DNA from: Bacteroidetes bacterium GWF2_43_63
GTDB taxonomy: Bacteria > Bacteroidota > Bacteroidia > Bacteroidales > DTU049
Assembly: GCA_001769275.1 (NCBI GenBank)
Contig: MEOQ01000012.1
Coordinates: forward strand, 145,633-209,632
Length of the DNA: 64,000 bases
Direction of reading: 5' to 3'
Of the stretch, positions 23,439 to 35,630 are shown piece by piece. Positions within the stretch are counted from its first letter, which is position 1. Each line of letters starts with the position of its first letter. The notes under the pieces were generated by a model, which was not told the DNA's origin, did not search any database, and worked only from the letters and a program-made list of their open reading frames with translations. The position numbers and the translations under genes were made by a program.

Positions 23439-23819
23439 TCAACCCTTAGGTGCCTTCTTCTTGTTGGCAACTGTCTTTTTCTTTCCTTTACGAGTACGGG
23501 CATTGTTCTTAGTGCTCTGTCCACGCAACGGAAGTCCGAGACGATGACGAATGCCACGATAGCAACCAATGTCCATCAATCGCTTAATGTTCATCTGCAC
23601 TTCGCTGCGCAGCGCGCCTTCAGTTTTAATTTCATCGCTGATGACCTGACGGATCGCTGAAAGATCGCTGTCATCCCAGTCCTGAACCTTCTTATCGAAG
23701 TCAACTTTGGCTTTCGTTAAAATTACTCGGGAAGTCGAACGGCCAATTCCGTAAATATAGGTCAGACCTATTTCGCCCCGCTTGTTTTTTGGTAAATCAA
23801 TTCCTGCAATACGTGCCAT
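23439..23819 (-). CDS. rpsM: 30S ribosomal protein S13
   Basis: [26 protein letters not shown]... Confidence 0.96.
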   Translation of the reverse strand: MARIAGIDLPKNKRGEIGLTYIYGIGRSTSRVILTKAKVDFDKKVQDWDDSDLSAIRQVISDEIKTEGALRSEVQMNIKRLMDIGCYRGIRHRLGLPLRGQSTKNNARTRKGKKKTVANKKKAPKG

Positions 23820-23843
23820 ATATTGTTTTTTTCAAATTCGTTA

Positions 23844-23960
23844 TTAACCCTGACGTTGTTTAAACTTAGGATTTTTTTTGTTGATGATGTACACTCTGCC
23901 TTTGCGGCGAACGATTTTGCAATCTGGAGTACGTTTCTTGACTGAAGCTCTCACTTTCAT
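23844..23960 (-). CDS. rpmJ: 50S ribosomal protein L36
   Basis: Hand translation gives [38 protein letters not shown] (38 aa). Too short for the ORF track. Confidence 0.93.
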   Translation of the reverse strand: MKVRASVKKRTPDCKIVRRKGRVYIINKKNPKFKQRQG

Positions 23961-23975
23961 AGTGCTGTCCTGTTT

Positions 23976-24194
23976 TTATTTGTATCTGAAGGTTATTCTT
24001 CCCTTGGTCAAATCATACGGTGAAATTTCAAGACGAACTCTGTCGCCTGGAAGAATTTTGATATAATGCATGCGCATCTTGCCGGAAATGTGGGCCAGAA
24101 TAACATGCCCATTTTCCAGTTCAACGCGGAACATTGCATTGCCCAAACTCTCGACAACTGTTCCATCTTGTTCTATTGCACCCTGTTTTGCCAT
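23976..24194 (-). CDS. infA: Translation initiation factor IF-1
   Basis: 72 aa. ...[32 protein letters not shown]... Confidence 0.96.
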   Translation of the reverse strand: MAKQGAIEQDGTVVESLGNAMFRVELENGHVILAHISGKMRMHYIKILPGDRVRLEISPYDLTKGRITFRYK

Positions 24195-24202
24195 ATTTTG
24201 TT

Positions 24203-24964
24203 TTACACTCTGTTTTCAATATACTCGTAAGTTGAAATCACTTCTGGAGTTTTCCTCACCACAACCATGTGCTCGAAATGTGCACTGTTGCTCCCGTCGC
24301 GCGTCCGGATGGTCCATCCGTCTGCTTCCTGATACACCCGCCATGTTCCCTGATTGATCATCGGTTCTATGCAAAGAACCATATTTTCTACAAGGGGCAT
24401 TCCGTGACCTCGTTTGCCGTAATTCGGCACTTCCGGTTTTTCATGTAGCTTCTGCCCTATTCCATGCCCAACCAGATCGCGGACTACATGAAATCCATTT
24501 CGCTCAACATGAAGCTGTACCGCATGACCAATGTCACCAACACACTTCCCGGGTACCGCTTCAGCTATTCCTTTCATCAAAGACTCCTGCGTAATGCGCA
24601 AAAGGTCTTTGGTTTTCTGATTGGTTTCGCCAATTAAAAAGGTGTACGCATAATCGCCAACATAACCGTTCAGTACTGCACCGCAGTCAACCGAAACAAT
24701 ATCACCTTCCTTTATCACACGATTACCCGGAATCCCATGTACCACCTGATCATTAATCGAGATACACAAAGTAGCGGGAAATCCGTTGTAGCCCTTGAAC
24801 GCTGGAATTCCGCCGTTGTCACGGATGAATTCCTCAGCAATCCTGTCAACCATTCGTGTTTCCACTCCTGGTTTCAGCAGGCGGGATACTTCTCCCAAAG
24901 TTTTTCCAACAAGCAAAGAACTCTTTTTCAGTAATTCTATTTCCTCTTCACGCTTCTGCAGCAT
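24203..24964 (-). CDS. map: Type I methionine aminopeptidase
   Basis: ...VVHGIPG...VSVDCGA...GHGIG... metal-ligand motifs, plus operon position. Confidence 0.93.
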   Translation of the reverse strand: MLQKREEEIELLKKSSLLVGKTLGEVSRLLKPGVETRMVDRIAEEFIRDNGGIPAFKGYNGFPATLCISINDQVVHGIPGNRVIKEGDIVSVDCGAVLNGYVGDYAYTFLIGETNQKTKDLLRITQESLMKGIAEAVPGKCVGDIGHAVQLHVERNGFHVVRDLVGHGIGQKLHEKPEVPNYGKRGHGMPLVENMVLCIEPMINQGTWRVYQEADGWTIRTRDGSNSAHFEHMVVVRKTPEVISTYEYIENRV

Positions 24965-24969
24965 AACTA

Positions 24970-26334
24970 TCAGATTCCTCCCATCCCGGTCGACGTGCGG
25001 CCCTTTATACGGCCAGACTTTGTAAGTCCGTCATAGTGACGCATGAGCAAATGACTTTCAACCTGCTGCAAAGTATCGAGAACTACCCCGACAAGAATCA
25101 ACAGTGAAGTACCTCCAAAGAATTGAGCAAACTGACTGTTGACGCCAAACAAACTAACAATGGCAGGCATAATTGCCACTAGAGCGAGGAACATGGATCC
25201 AGGCAGGGTAATGCGCGACATAACGGTATCGATGAATTCCGCTGTACGCTTACCGGGTTTAATGCCCGGAATAAAACCGCCGTTTTTCTTCAGGTCCTCA
25301 GCCATCTGATTAGGATTGATGGTGATAGCAGTATAGAAGTATGTGAAAAGAATAATGAGAATTGCGAAAGTAAAATTATACCAGAATCCGTTAGGATTGG
25401 TGAATGCCGCTATCACACCAGTGAAAGTATCACTATTGGCAAAACCGGCAAGCGTGATAGGAATAAACATAATTGCCTGAGCAAAAATGATAGGCATAAC
25501 ACCTGCTGCATTTACCTTAAGAGGTACATACTGACGAACACCGCCATATTGTTTATTCCCGACTACTCGTTTTGCAAACTGGACCGGAATCTTCCGGGTT
25601 CCCTGAACAAGTAGAATAGTCATTACAACAACCAGTACGAGAAATACAAGCTCAACAATGAAGACCATGAGTCCGCCACCAGAGACTTCCATCCGGGAAG
25701 CAAACTCTGCAAGCAAAGCAAAAGGCAGTCGGGCAATGATACCAATCATAATGATGAGCGAAATTCCGTTTCCAAGACCTTTGTCAGTAATACGCTCTCC
25801 GAGCCACATAACGAACAACGTTCCAGCTGTAAGTATAATGGTAGAGGATAGTCTGAACAAGAAAGGAACCTGAGAAACAGCTGCATCAAACGGATAAATG
25901 CCACCGGCAGGAATCTGAGAAGCAAGATTTGCTATGTACCCCTGAGCCTGAGCAACAGTAATAATTACCGTCAGATAACGGGTTATCTGGTTCATTTTCT
26001 TTCTTCCGCTTTCGCCTTCACGTTGCAGTCTCTGGAAATAAGGAACTGCAATGCCAAGTAGCTGAACAACGATAGAAGCAGAAATATAGGGCATAATTCC
26101 AAGTGCAAATACAGAAGCATTGGAAAAAGCACCCCCAGAAAACATATTGATAAGACCGAGAAGACCGTCTTGTCCCTGATTCTGAAGCGCACCAAGAGCA
26201 TTGGGATCAATACCAGGCAAAACCACGTAGGATCCGAAGCGATAAATCAAAATGATCAGCAACGTGTAGAGGATTCTCTTTTTAAGATCCTCTATTTTGT
26301 TGATATTCTTGAAGGTATTGACGAGACGACTCAT
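24970..26334 (-). CDS. secY: Preprotein translocase subunit SecY
   Basis: 454 aa, 10 TM. ...LFALGIMPYISASIVVQLL... Confidence 0.96.
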   Translation of the reverse strand: MSRLVNTFKNINKIEDLKKRILYTLLIILIYRFGSYVVLPGIDPNALGALQNQGQDGLLGLINMFSGGAFSNASVFALGIMPYISASIVVQLLGIAVPYFQRLQREGESGRKKMNQITRYLTVIITVAQAQGYIANLASQIPAGGIYPFDAAVSQVPFLFRLSSTIILTAGTLFVMWLGERITDKGLGNGISLIIMIGIIARLPFALLAEFASRMEVSGGGLMVFIVELVFLVLVVVMTILLVQGTRKIPVQFAKRVVGNKQYGGVRQYVPLKVNAAGVMPIIFAQAIMFIPITLAGFANSDTFTGVIAAFTNPNGFWYNFTFAILIILFTYFYTAITINPNQMAEDLKKNGGFIPGIKPGKRTAEFIDTVMSRITLPGSMFLALVAIMPAIVSLFGVNSQFAQFFGGTSLLILVGVVLDTLQQVESHLLMRHYDGLTKSGRIKGRTSTGMGGI

Positions 26335-26339
26335 TAAAA

Positions 26340-26786
26340 TTATATTTTGATTGCTTGACCACCTTGTTCTTCAATTGCCTTAACGGCAGTAGTTGAGAAA
26401 GCATGAGCTTTCACGTCCAGTTTCATGGTAAGTTTTCCTCTGCCGAGGATTTTTACGATATCGTTTTTCGAAATCAGACCATGAGCGCGAAGCACTTCCG
26501 GAGTGATTTCCTGCAGTTTGTTTGCCGTTGCAAGTTCCTGCAGCATATCGATATTGAGAGCGCGATATTCAACGCGGTTAATATTCTTGAAGCCGAATTT
26601 CGGAACACGACGTTGCAGAGGCATCTGGCCGCCTTCGAAACCAATCTTACGGCTGTAACCACTACGAGACTGGGCACCTTTGTGACCACGAGTAGAAGTT
26701 CCACCGTGACCGGATCCCTGGCCTCTAGCGATGCGTTTATCTTTTTTTGTTGCTCCGTCTGCCGGTTTTAAATTACTTAAATCCAT
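26340..26786 (-). CDS. rplO: 50S ribosomal protein L15
   Basis: MDLSNLKPADGATKKDKRIARGQGSGHGGTSTRGHKG... Confidence 0.95.
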   Translation of the reverse strand: MDLSNLKPADGATKKDKRIARGQGSGHGGTSTRGHKGAQSRSGYSRKIGFEGGQMPLQRRVPKFGFKNINRVEYRALNIDMLQELATANKLQEITPEVLRAHGLISKNDIVKILGRGKLTMKLDVKAHAFSTTAVKAIEEQGGQAIKI

Positions 26787-26805
26787 TGTTGTCAGTTTTT
26801 TAAGG

Positions 26806-26985
26806 TCAGATTTCTTCCACTTTCACCAGGTGATTCACTTTTCTGATCATCCCGAGAATTTGCGGGGTTGCCGTATGTTCAACACTTGAATGCATTTTAC
26901 CGAGGCCCAGCGCCTGGATATTTTTGCGTTGAATTGCAGGACGGTCAATCAGACTCTGAATTAATGTAATGCGAACTTTTTTCAT
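26806..26985 (-). CDS. rpmD: 50S ribosomal protein L30
   Basis: Hand translation gives MKKVRITLIQSLIDRPAIQRKNIQALGLGKMHSSVEHTATPQILGMIRKVNHLVKVEEI* (59 aa). Too short for the ORF track. Confidence 0.92.
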   Translation of the reverse strand: MKKVRITLIQSLIDRPAIQRKNIQALGLGKMHSSVEHTATPQILGMIRKVNHLVKVEEI

Positions 26986-26996
26986 ATTTTCTCAGA

Positions 26997-27515
26997 TTAA
27001 CCGTTAAACACTTTATCCATTGAAATGCCTCTAAGTTGCGCAATCATGCGAGCATCTTTAAGGTTCATCAGTGCATCAACAGTAGCTTTTACTACGTTAT
27101 GCGGGTTTGATGATCCCTTTGATTTTGCAAGTACGTTTTTCACGCCAACACTTTCAAGGACAGCACGCATGGCGCCACCAGCGATGACTCCGGTACCAGG
27201 TGCGGCCGGTTTAAGAAAGACAGTAGCACCGCCAAATTTACCTTCCTGTTGGTGAGGCAGAGTCCCTTTCAGGATGGCAACACGTACAAGATTTTTCTTG
27301 GCATCTTCAATTCCTTTAGCGATGGCTGAAGTTACTTCCTTTGCTTTGCCGAGGCCGTAACCGACAACACCATCTTCGTTGCCCACAACCACAATGGCTG
27401 AGAAGCTGAAGGTGCGTCCGCCCTTGGTCACTTTTGTAACCCTTTGAATGCTTACGAGACGATCCTTGAATTCAACGTCGCTCGATTTTACTCTGTTTAT
27501 ACTGATATTAGCCAT
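26997..27515 (-). CDS. rpsE: 30S ribosomal protein S5
   Basis: ...[22 protein letters not shown]... Confidence 0.96.
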   Translation of the reverse strand: MANISINRVKSSDVEFKDRLVSIQRVTKVTKGGRTFSFSAIVVVGNEDGVVGYGLGKAKEVTSAIAKGIEDAKKNLVRVAILKGTLPHQQEGKFGGATVFLKPAAPGTGVIAGGAMRAVLESVGVKNVLAKSKGSSNPHNVVKATVDALMNLKDARMIAQLRGISMDKVFNG

Positions 27516-27520
27516 ATTTC

Positions 27521-27883
27521 TCAGAATTTTAATCCACCTTCTCTGGCTGCGTCAGCCAAAGCTTTTACTCTACCGTGATACTGATAACCGTTGCGATCAA
27601 AGACAACTGCTTTAATGCCTGCTTCAACAGCGCGCTCAGCTACGAGCTTTCCAACCAGTTTCGCTTTATCGGTTTTAGTGACTTTCTGCTCGGCAACGCC
27701 TTTGACGCGTGATGATGCGGAAGCCAGTGTTTTGCCAGATTTGTCATCGATAATCTGGGCATAAATTTCCTTGCAGCTGCGGTAAACTGACAGGCGCGGA
27801 CACTCGCCGGTTCCCGAAACCACTTTGCGGATACGCATCTTGATGCGTTTTCTGCTGAACTCTTTTCTGCTTTTGATAGCCAT
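27521..27883 (-). CDS. rplR: 50S ribosomal protein L18
   Basis: ...[18 protein letters not shown]...[26 protein letters not shown]. Confidence 0.95.
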   Translation of the reverse strand: MAIKSRKEFSRKRIKMRIRKVVSGTGECPRLSVYRSCKEIYAQIIDDKSGKTLASASSRVKGVAEQKVTKTDKAKLVGKLVAERAVEAGIKAVVFDRNGYQYHGRVKALADAAREGGLKF

Positions 27884-27897
27884 AGTTGCCTCTTTTA

Positions 27898-28455
27898 TTA
27901 TTTAGCCGCAGCAGCTTTACCAGCCTTACGACGTAAAACTTCATTTTTAAATCTGACACCCTTGCCTTTGTACGGCTCCGGTTTGCGAAACGAACGGATT
28001 TTGGCTGCCACCTGACCGATCAGCTGCTTGTCGTGCGACGTCAGAATGATGGTTGGGCTCTTTCCTTTTTCAGTTATGGTTTCGATGCTTACTTCCTTTG
28101 GTAATTCAAACAAAATGTTGTGCGAATGACCAAGACTGAGATCAAGCAGTTGTCCGGTAGCCAGGCATTTGTAACCTACACCGACAAGCTCCATGGTTGT
28201 GGTGAACCCTTCGGAAACACCTTTAACCATATTGGCCAGCAATGAACGATACAAACCATGGAAAGATCTCACCTGGCGCTCTTCATTTGAGCGTTCCATA
28301 TGAAGAACCGAACCTTCTATGTTGATTTTTAATTCGGGAGCTATCTGTTGTTTCAGTTCTCCTTTCGGACCTTTTACGGTAACGATATTGTCCGCAGAAA
28401 CGTTCACCTGAACGCCAGCCGGTATATCAATCTGTTTTTTTCCGATCCTTGACAT
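27898..28455 (-). CDS. rplF: 50S ribosomal protein L6
   Basis: [17 protein letters not shown]... Confidence 0.96.
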   Translation of the reverse strand: MSRIGKKQIDIPAGVQVNVSADNIVTVKGPKGELKQQIAPELKINIEGSVLHMERSNEERQVRSFHGLYRSLLANMVKGVSEGFTTTMELVGVGYKCLATGQLLDLSLGHSHNILFELPKEVSIETITEKGKSPTIILTSHDKQLIGQVAAKIRSFRKPEPYKGKGVRFKNEVLRRKAGKAAAAK

Positions 28456-28476
28456 TGGAATTCCTCCTGTTATTAA

Positions 28477-28875
28477 TTATGACACAAAACAAATGACTTC
28501 GCCGCCAACGTTTTCTTTACGGGCCTGCTTGTCGGTCATGAGTCCCTTCGAAGTGCTGACGATGGCAATGCCAAGGCCGTTCATCACTTTCGGGATCTCA
28601 TCACTCGGAGAATACTTACGCAAACCGGGACGGCTCACGCGTTTAATCTCGGTGATTGCCGACAGTTTGTTAATAGGATTGTACTTTAGGGCCACTTTAA
28701 GGCTCTTGGGAAAAGTACTTTCCTCAACTTTATAATTGAGAATATAACCGTTCTCGTGTAACAACTTGGCCAGTTCAACCAGCATTTTGTTGGATGGAAC
28801 CTCCACAATGCGGTGGTTGGCTTTGATGGCGTTTCTTACGCGGGTCAGAAAATCTGCAATGGAATCCGTTACCAT
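28477..28875 (-). CDS. rpsH: 30S ribosomal protein S8
   Basis: MVTDSIADFLTRVRNAIKANH... Confidence 0.96.
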   Translation of the reverse strand: MVTDSIADFLTRVRNAIKANHRIVEVPSNKMLVELAKLLHENGYILNYKVEESTFPKSLKVALKYNPINKLSAITEIKRVSRPGLRKYSPSDEIPKVMNGLGIAIVSTSKGLMTDKQARKENVGGEVICFVS

Positions 28876-28893
28876 TCTATATCGTTTTATAAT

Positions 28894-29163
28894 TTACCAA
28901 CTTGCTTTTTTAACTCCGGGAATTTCTCCATTCAGGGCCATTTGCCTGAAATTGATGCGCGAAATTCCGAACATGCGCATATATCCTTTTGGACGTCCGG
29001 TCAGTTTGCAGCGGTTGTGCAATCTGATCTTAGAAGCGTTTTTAGGAATTTTCTGCAGAGCAGTGAAATCACCGGCGGCTTTCAAAGCTTCTTTTTTAGC
29101 AGCGTATTTTTCAACCATTTTCTGCCGCTTTACTTCGCGGGCTTTCATCGATTCTTTTGCCAT
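28894..29163 (-). CDS. rpsN: 30S ribosomal protein S14
   Basis: [20 protein letters not shown]...ending KKASW. Confidence 0.95.
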   Translation of the reverse strand: MAKESMKAREVKRQKMVEKYAAKKEALKAAGDFTALQKIPKNASKIRLHNRCKLTGRPKGYMRMFGISRINFRQMALNGEIPGVKKASW

Positions 29164-29165
29164 AC

Positions 29166-29717
29166 CTAGTGTTTTTTGAAGGGTAAACCGAATGACTTTA
29201 ACAATGCATGAGCTTCTTTATCGGAACTGCCCGATGTCACAAAAGTAATATCCATTCCGGTGATCTTGTTGATCTTGTCAATATTGATCTCCGGGAATAT
29301 AATTTGTTCGGTAACACCAAAAGTGTAATTACCACGGCCGTCGAATCCTTTGTCATTGATTCCCCTGAAGTCACGGACGCGAGGGATGGAAACCGAAATC
29401 AAACGGTCGAGGAATTCATACATTGTGTTTCCACGGAGCGTAACGCGAACACCCACTGGGTTGCCTTTACGCACCTTGAAGTTTGAAATGTCTTTTCTCG
29501 ATTTGGTTTGAACAGCTTTCTGACCTGTTACATTGGTCATCTCGTCCACTGCAAAATCAATGAGTTTTTTGTCAGTAACAGCACCGCCAACACCTTGGTT
29601 GACAGAAATCTTGAGGAGCTTTGGCACCTGCATGACTGTTTTGAACTGGAATTCCTGCATCAGAGCGGGAACAATTTCCTTGTCGTACTTTTCTCTTAAT
29701 CGCGGAATGTAAGCCAT
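29166..29717 (-). CDS. rplE: 50S ribosomal protein L5
   Basis: ...[16 protein letters not shown]... Confidence 0.96.
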   Translation of the reverse strand: MAYIPRLREKYDKEIVPALMQEFQFKTVMQVPKLLKISVNQGVGGAVTDKKLIDFAVDEMTNVTGQKAVQTKSRKDISNFKVRKGNPVGVRVTLRGNTMYEFLDRLISVSIPRVRDFRGINDKGFDGRGNYTFGVTEQIIFPEINIDKINKITGMDITFVTSGSSDKEAHALLKSFGLPFKKH

Positions 29718-30037
29718 TACTTAATTTCCTCCTTTGATTTTTTGGAATATCTAACGATTGTACCATCTTCTTTCACCTGACGACCCACGCGGGTGACTTT
29801 GCCTGATTTATCAACCAGCATCAGATTAGAAATATTGATGGGTGCTTCCTTTTTAATAATGCCACCTTTTGAGTTTTTGGCTGAAGGGCGACTATGTTTG
29901 GAAACAATCTTGACACCTTCCACAATGGCAGTGTTTAAATCCGGGAAAACTTCCAGTACACGACCTTCTGTTCCACGGTCGTTTCCGGAAATCACCTTCA
30001 CACTGTCGCCTTTTTTAATTTTAATTTTCACTTTCAT
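29717..30037 (-). CDS. rplX: 50S ribosomal protein L24
   Basis: ...[24 protein letters not shown]... Confidence 0.95.
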   Translation of the reverse strand: MKVKIKIKKGDSVKVISGNDRGTEGRVLEVFPDLNTAIVEGVKIVSKHSRPSAKNSKGGIIKKEAPINISNLMLVDKSGKVTRVGRQVKEDGTIVRYSKKSKEEIK

Positions 30038-30048
30038 AGCGCTGCGAA

Positions 30049-30417
30049 TTATAGTACCTCGGGGGCAAGTGAAACAATTTTCATATACTGTTTGTCGCGG
30101 AGTTCGCGTGGCACGGGGCCGAAAATACGGGTTCCGCGCAATTCATCCGTAGCGGTAAGCAGCACAACTGCATTATCGTCAAAGCGGATATAAGAACCGT
30201 CGGGGCGACGTATTTCTTTTTTAGTGCGAACAACAACTGCTTTGGACACGGTGCCCTTTTTAATGTTTCCTGAAGGGATAGCATCTTTCACCGTTACGAT
30301 GATTTTGTCTCCCACAGAAGCATAGCGACGTTTAGTACCGCCCAGAACACGGATGCAAAGTACCTCTTTGGCCCCGCTGTTGTCAGCTACATTAAGTCTT
30401 GATTCCTGCTGTATCAT
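30049..30417 (-). CDS. rplN: 50S ribosomal protein L14
   Basis: [27 protein letters not shown]... Confidence 0.97.
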   Translation of the reverse strand: MIQQESRLNVADNSGAKEVLCIRVLGGTKRRYASVGDKIIVTVKDAIPSGNIKKGTVSKAVVVRTKKEIRRPDGSYIRFDDNAVVLLTATDELRGTRIFGPVPRELRDKQYMKIVSLAPEVL

Positions 30418-30419
30418 GG

Positions 30420-30674
30420 TTATTTAGCCTTTTCAATTATTTCAACAAGTCTCCAGCGTTTAGTTTTGCTCAAAGGGCGGGTCTCCATAATGCGGACCTT
30501 ATCACCTATTGTGCACTCGTTCTTTTCATCATGAGCCGCAAATTTGGTAGTTTTCTTAATGAACTTTCCATATTTAGGGTGCATGAGGCGACGTTCAACC
30601 AAAACAACCATAGATTTATCCATTTTGTTGCTGGTCACTACACCGATTCGCTCTTTACGTAAGTTTCTTTCCAT
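30420..30674 (-). CDS. rpsQ: 30S ribosomal protein S17
   Basis: ...[16 protein letters not shown]...[29 protein letters not shown]. Confidence 0.95.
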   Translation of the reverse strand: MERNLRKERIGVVTSNKMDKSMVVLVERRLMHPKYGKFIKKTTKFAAHDEKNECTIGDKVRIMETRPLSKTKRWRLVEIIEKAK

Positions 30675-30686
30675 TATGCTGAAAAA

Positions 30687-30884
30687 TTACTTGATTTCCA
30701 ATTCACGTTTACGCAGTTCCGTCTGGATACGTGCGATGGTTTTCTTTGTCTGCCCGATCACGCCAGGATTATCCAGCGGGTTCACTGCATGGTTCATCCG
30801 AAGTTTTGCACTCTGTTTTTTCTCCTCGGTCAGGCGCTCCTTCAGTTCTTCCGTTGTCATTTCTTTTATTACTTCTATCTTCAT
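30687..30884 (-). CDS. rpmC: 50S ribosomal protein L29
   Basis: 65 aa. ...MTTEELKERLTEEKKQSAKLRMNHA... Confidence 0.93.
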   Translation of the reverse strand: MKIEVIKEMTTEELKERLTEEKKQSAKLRMNHAVNPLDNPGVIGQTKKTIARIQTELRKRELEIK

Positions 30885-30903
30885 GGCATTTCTGTTTTAT
30901 GAA

Positions 30904-31326
30904 CTATGCTTCGCTATAGTCACGGCGTACAACAAATTTGGTTTTCACCGGCAGTTTCTGAGCAGCAAGACGCAGTGCTTCTTTTGCAATCTCAAGCGAT
31001 ACGCCTTCGGCTTCAAACATAATGCGGCCCGGAGTGATCGGGGCAACAAAAGAGTCGGGAGCACCTTTACCTTTACCCATTCGCACTTCAGCAGGCTTCT
31101 TGGTAATAGGTTTGTCGGGGAATATGCGGATCCAGATCTGTCCTTCACGTTTCATGTAACGGGTCAGAGCCTGACGGGCTGCTTCGATCTGTCGTCCTGT
31201 AAGCCAGGCTTCTTCCATGGTTTTAAGTCCAAATGAACCAAATGCAAGCTGATGACCACGTTTGGCATTGCCTTTCATTTTGTCCTTCTGGACCCTTCTG
31301 AATTTTGTTTTCTTTGGCTGTAACAT
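30904..31326 (-). CDS. rplP: 50S ribosomal protein L16
   Basis: [19 protein letters not shown]... Confidence 0.96.
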   Translation of the reverse strand: MLQPKKTKFRRVQKDKMKGNAKRGHQLAFGSFGLKTMEEAWLTGRQIEAARQALTRYMKREGQIWIRIFPDKPITKKPAEVRMGKGKGAPDSFVAPITPGRIMFEAEGVSLEIAKEALRLAAQKLPVKTKFVVRRDYSEA

Positions 31327-31337
31327 GACTCTTCCGT

Positions 31338-32111
31338 TTATTGATTAGAGTTATTCTTTTTACCACCTCTCGGCTTGCTAAATCCGCCCGGACGCTGACC
31401 ACCACGGTCGCTACCACGGTCGGGTCTGTCACCGCGACGCTGTTTTTTATCGTTTTTGGGAGCATCGATTCCGTAGAAATCTGGCTTGCCAAATATTTCA
31501 CCTTTGCAAATCCACACTTTTATGCCGAGACGGCCGTAGGTGGTGTGAGCTTCAGAACGAGCATAATCGATATCAGCACGGAGCGTATGAAGCGGGGTGC
31601 GTCCTTCTTTATAATGTTCGGTACGGCTCATTTCAGCTCCACCGATTCGACCAGAGATGGACACTTTCATGCCTTCAGCACCCATGCGCATTGTTGATGC
31701 AACAGCGGTTTTGATGGCTTTTCGGTGTGACATACGGCCTTCGATCTGACGTGCAATATTGTTTGCAACGAGAACGGCTTCAACTTCAGGGCGTTTTATT
31801 TCAGATATATTAATCTGAACTTCTTTCTGAGTGATTTTCTTCAGCTCTTCGCGAAGTTCGTCAACATCCTTACCTTTCTGACCGATGATGAAACCGGGTT
31901 TTGCGGTATGAATGGTGACAGTCACAAGCTTCACGCTGCGCTCAATAAATATTTTTGAAACACTGGCTTTTGCCAGACGTACATTCAGATACTTACGAAC
32001 CTTGTCATCCTCGACGAGTTTTTCACCGAAAGTCTTACCACCATACCAGATAGAATCCCATCCGCGGGTGATACCAAGTCTGTTGCCTATAGGATTAGTT
32101 TTTTGTCCCAT
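31338..32111 (-). CDS. rpsC: 30S ribosomal protein S3 with an R/G/D-rich C-terminal tail
   Basis: [20 protein letters not shown]... The tail is [31 protein letters not shown]. Confidence 0.96.
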   Translation of the reverse strand: MGQKTNPIGNRLGITRGWDSIWYGGKTFGEKLVEDDKVRKYLNVRLAKASVSKIFIERSVKLVTVTIHTAKPGFIIGQKGKDVDELREELKKITQKEVQINISEIKRPEVEAVLVANNIARQIEGRMSHRKAIKTAVASTMRMGAEGMKVSISGRIGGAEMSRTEHYKEGRTPLHTLRADIDYARSEAHTTYGRLGIKVWICKGEIFGKPDFYGIDAPKNDKKQRRGDRPDRGSDRGGQRPGGFSKPRGGKKNNSNQ

Positions 32112-32119
32112 TCTGCTCT

Positions 32120-32548
32120 TTATTCTTGTGTTTCAACATTAGTTACTTCTTCGCTTCTGCTGCCCAGTTCAATGGTAACATGGTTCGAACGCTTCTTGAT
32201 GCGATGAGCTCTGCCTTGAGGAGCAGGCTGAATGCGTTTTAGCATGCGACCACCATCAACATTGATTATCTTTACATACAGTCCGGCTTCTTCCATTCTG
32301 ATTTTATTCTCAGTTTTCTGCTGCCAGTTGTTGATGGCTGACGTAAGCAGCTTGTACAAATAGTCTGACGACGAATTAGAAGTTGTCTTCAGTATTGCCA
32401 GTGCGATATCAGCGTTTTTACCCCTGACCAAATTGGCCACCGGGCGCATTTTGCGCTGGGTGATTGGGCAACCCGTTAGTTTTGCAGTGAACTGCTCTTT
32501 ACGGGCTTCCTTACGCTTCTCGGCACTTATCCGTTTTCTTGCTCCCAT
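32120..32548 (-). CDS. rplV: 50S ribosomal protein L22
   Basis: ...[22 protein letters not shown]..., plus operon position. Confidence 0.94.
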   Translation of the reverse strand: MGARKRISAEKRKEARKEQFTAKLTGCPITQRKMRPVANLVRGKNADIALAILKTTSNSSSDYLYKLLTSAINNWQQKTENKIRMEEAGLYVKIINVDGGRMLKRIQPAPQGRAHRIKKRSNHVTIELGSRSEEVTNVETQE

Positions 32549-32567
32549 GACAATTACCTTTTAATGA

Positions 32568-32837
32568 TTATTTCTTGTTTTGACCGGCATGACCACGGAA
32601 AATGCGGGTTGGAGAAAATTCTCCAAGTTTGTGACCCACCATGTTTTCGGTAACATACACGGGAATGAATTTATTTCCGTTGTGAACTCCAATGGTTGCG
32701 CCTACGAACTCAGGAGTGATAACCGATGCGCGTGACCAGGTGTTAATAGTCATCTTTTTACTGGATTTCTGTGCTTCGGTAACTCGTTTCTCGAGTTTGT
32801 GGTGCACATAAGGACCTTTTTTCAATGAGCGACTCAT
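32568..32837 (-). CDS. rpsS: 30S ribosomal protein S19
   Basis: [15 protein letters not shown]...[11 protein letters not shown]. Confidence 0.97.
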   Translation of the reverse strand: MSRSLKKGPYVHHKLEKRVTEAQKSSKKMTINTWSRASVITPEFVGATIGVHNGNKFIPVYVTENMVGHKLGEFSPTRIFRGHAGQNKK

Positions 32838-32849
32838 AGTGTATCCCTG

Positions 32850-33671
32850 TTATTTTTTACGACGTTCGATGATTAAATTGTCTGAAGCCTTTTTCCTGCG
32901 GGTTTTGAAACCTTTAGCAGGAATGCCCTTGCGTGAACGAGGATGTCCACCGGTTTGACGGCCTTCACCACCACCCATCGGGTGATCAACAGGGTTCATG
33001 GCAACACCACGGTTACGCGGACGGCGACCCTGCCAACGGCTGCGACCAGCTTTTCCACTCACTTCGAGGTTGTGTTCTGTATTCGAAACAGTACCTACAG
33101 TAGCACGGCATGATTGCAGAATCTGGCGGGTTTCACCACTTGGCATCTTCACAACAGCATATTTGCCGTCACGTGAAAGAAGCTGAGCGTATGAACCAGC
33201 ACTACGGGCAAGTTTTCCACCCTGACCAGGATTAAGTTCGATGTTGTGAATTACTGTTCCGAAAGGAATTTCACTTAAATATAAAGTGTTTCCGATTTCA
33301 GGAGCTACTCCTTTACCGGAAAAAATTTCCTGACCAACTTTCAAACCATTGGGTGCAATGATATAGCGCTTCTCGCCATCGCTGTAAAACAGCAAAGCGA
33401 TACGAGCACTACGATTAGGATCGTATTCTATGGTTTTAACGGTTGCCGGGATGCCTTCTTTTTCCCTTTTAAAATCGATCAATCGATACATCTTCTTGTG
33501 TCCACCGCCGATGTAGCGCATTGTCATCTTACCGGTGTTATTTCTACCACCGCTTCTTTTATTAGGAACTACCAGGCTTTTTTCCGGAGCCGTTGCCGTT
33601 ATTTCGTCGAACGAACTCACCAGTTTAAAACGTTGACCGGGAGTTGTCGGTTTAAATTTCTTCAGTCCCAT
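32850..33671 (-). CDS. rplB: 50S ribosomal protein L2
   Basis: [15 protein letters not shown]...[13 protein letters not shown]. Confidence 0.97.
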   Translation of the reverse strand: MGLKKFKPTTPGQRFKLVSSFDEITATAPEKSLVVPNKRSGGRNNTGKMTMRYIGGGHKKMYRLIDFKREKEGIPATVKTIEYDPNRSARIALLFYSDGEKRYIIAPNGLKVGQEIFSGKGVAPEIGNTLYLSEIPFGTVIHNIELNPGQGGKLARSAGSYAQLLSRDGKYAVVKMPSGETRQILQSCRATVGTVSNTEHNLEVSGKAGRSRWQGRRPRNRGVAMNPVDHPMGGGEGRQTGGHPRSRKGIPAKGFKTRRKKASDNLIIERRKK

Positions 33672-33686
33672 GCAATCTATTTTGTT

Positions 33687-33977
33687 TTATACGTTACTGT
33701 AAAAGTCAATTTTCTCTCCTTCTTTTAAAGTTACAATAGCTTTCTTGAATGCGTTGGTGCGTCCATGAACATAACCTCTGCGGGTTCCGCGGAACTTACG
33801 TTTGCCGGCATACATCATTGTATTAACATCAAGAACTTTAACACTATACAAAGATTCAACGGCTTCCTTGATCTGAATCTTGTTGGCACGCTTTGCAACG
33901 ATAAAACCAAACTGATTCAGCTCAGTATTCTTAGCTGTCATCTTTTCTGTTACCAATGGTCTTATTAATACGTCCAT
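33687..33977 (-). CDS. rplW: 50S ribosomal protein L23
   Basis: MDVLIRPLVTEKMT... Confidence 0.94.
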   Translation of the reverse strand: MDVLIRPLVTEKMTAKNTELNQFGFIVAKRANKIQIKEAVESLYSVKVLDVNTMMYAGKRKFRGTRRGYVHGRTNAFKKAIVTLKEGEKIDFYSNV

Positions 33978-34010
33978 TTTTTCAATTTTTTAGTGTCATT
34001 CCTGACGTCG

Positions 34011-34649
34011 TTATTCTTCTGTTCCAAGAAAAATTGTATCCAATTGGGGCAAACATGCTTCTGAAAATATTACGATCTGAGCGTTCAGAATATCGTAAGT
34101 GTTTAATTTTGAAGCACTTATTACCTTTACCTTCTTCAAATTTCGGGAGGACAAATATACGTTTTTCTTTGATTCATCCAACACAATTAAAGATTTTTTT
34201 TCTGAAGTTTCGAAATTTTTCAGAATTTCCATCATTTGACTGGTCTTCGGACCTTCAAAATCAAAGTTCTCAATCACGCGTATTGCGCCTTCGATGGCTT
34301 TGTAGGTAAGGGCACTTTTACGAGCCAGTACCTGAACCTTTTTGTTTACCTTAAAGTTATAGTCGCGTGGGTGCGGACCAAATACACGTGCTCCACCATG
34401 AAGCAGCGGTGATTTGATGTCGCCACGGCGAGCTCCGCCTGTACCTTTTTGACGAAAGAGCTTCCTTGTACTGCCGCTTAATCCGCTGCGCTCAGTACTG
34501 TCTGATGTGCCCTGGCGCTTGTCGGCCTGGATTCTTTTAACATCAAGGTAAATAGCATGGTCATTCGGCTGGATCGCAAAGATCTCATCCTTTAGAACCG
34601 CAGTCTTGCTGCTTTCTTTTCCGGTGGTGTTATATACTTTTACTTCCAT
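34011..34649 (-). CDS. rplD: 50S ribosomal protein L4
   Basis: ...[27 protein letters not shown]... Confidence 0.95.
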   Translation of the reverse strand: MEVKVYNTTGKESSKTAVLKDEIFAIQPNDHAIYLDVKRIQADKRQGTSDSTERSGLSGSTRKLFRQKGTGGARRGDIKSPLLHGGARVFGPHPRDYNFKVNKKVQVLARKSALTYKAIEGAIRVIENFDFEGPKTSQMMEILKNFETSEKKSLIVLDESKKNVYLSSRNLKKVKVISASKLNTYDILNAQIVIFSEACLPQLDTIFLGTEE

Positions 34650-35269
34650 CTTTCCAAAATTACGTATGAGCCGTTCGGACCGGGAATTGAACCTTTAACA
34701 ACAACAAGGTTTTTTTCCGGAATTAATTTCATTACTTGAAGGTTAATCATTTTAACCCTGCTGTTTCCATCATGACCGCCCATTCGCATACCTTTAAATA
34801 CACGGCTGGGATAAGATGATGCACCAATGGATCCTGGAGCACGGCCACGGTTGTGCTGTCCGTGAGTCTGCTGGTTAACTCCCTTAAATCCGTGACGTTT
34901 TACAACACCCTGAAAGCCTTTTCCTTTTGAATGACCGGTAACATCAATATATTCCCCTTCGAGAAATACATCAACATTCAGTACATCACCAAGACTCTTC
35001 TGATGGCCTTCCTCGAAACGGGTGAATTCCATCACCATTCTCTTGGGAGAAGTGCCGGCCTTTTTGAAATGGCCTTTCATGGCACTTGAAGTGCTTTTTT
35101 CTGTTCTTTCGTCGTAAGCAAGCTGGATGGCTTCGTAACCGTCAGTCTGCTTGGTCTTGACCTGAGTCACGACACAAGGACCAGCTTCAATAACTGTGCA
35201 TGGGACGATCTTCCCAGAGGCCTCGTGAAAGCTGGTCATTCCGATTTTTTTTCCAATTAAACCTGACAT
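34640..35269 (-). CDS. rplC: 50S ribosomal protein L3
   Basis: [15 protein letters not shown]... Confidence 0.96.
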   Translation of the reverse strand: MSGLIGKKIGMTSFHEASGKIVPCTVIEAGPCVVTQVKTKQTDGYEAIQLAYDERTEKSTSSAMKGHFKKAGTSPKRMVMEFTRFEEGHQKSLGDVLNVDVFLEGEYIDVTGHSKGKGFQGVVKRHGFKGVNQQTHGQHNRGRAPGSIGASSYPSRVFKGMRMGGHDGNSRVKMINLQVMKLIPEKNLVVVKGSIPGPNGSYVILERWK

Positions 35270-35291
35270 GTTGTCTATTTTGTTTTAGTAA

Positions 35292-35600
35292 TTACACTTT
35301 GATCTCGATTTCCACACCACGTGGCAATTCGAGCTTCATCAGCTCATCAATGGTTTTCGATTGCTGATTGTAATAAATGTCGATCAATCTCTTGTAGGTA
35401 AAGAGCTGGAACTGTTCGCGCGCTTTTTTGTTCACGAACGTCGAGCGGTTTACTGTGAAGAATTTCTTGTCTGTTGGCAGAGGAATAGGTCCGTTTACAA
35501 CGGCATTCGTTGCCTTAACGATCTTCACAATTTTCTCAGCTGATTTATCAACGAGATAATGATCGTACGATTTGAGTTTAATTCTGATTTTCTGGCTCAC
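35292..35600 (-). CDS. rpsJ: 30S ribosomal protein S10
   Basis: [25 protein letters not shown]... Confidence 0.96.
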   Translation of the reverse strand: MSQKIRIKLKSYDHYLVDKSAEKIVKIVKATNAVVNGPIPLPTDKKFFTVNRSTFVNKKAREQFQLFTYKRLIDIYYNQQSKTIDELMKLELPRGVEIEIKV

Positions 35601-35630
35601 TGTATATGATTTTTCAGTTTGACATCTGAT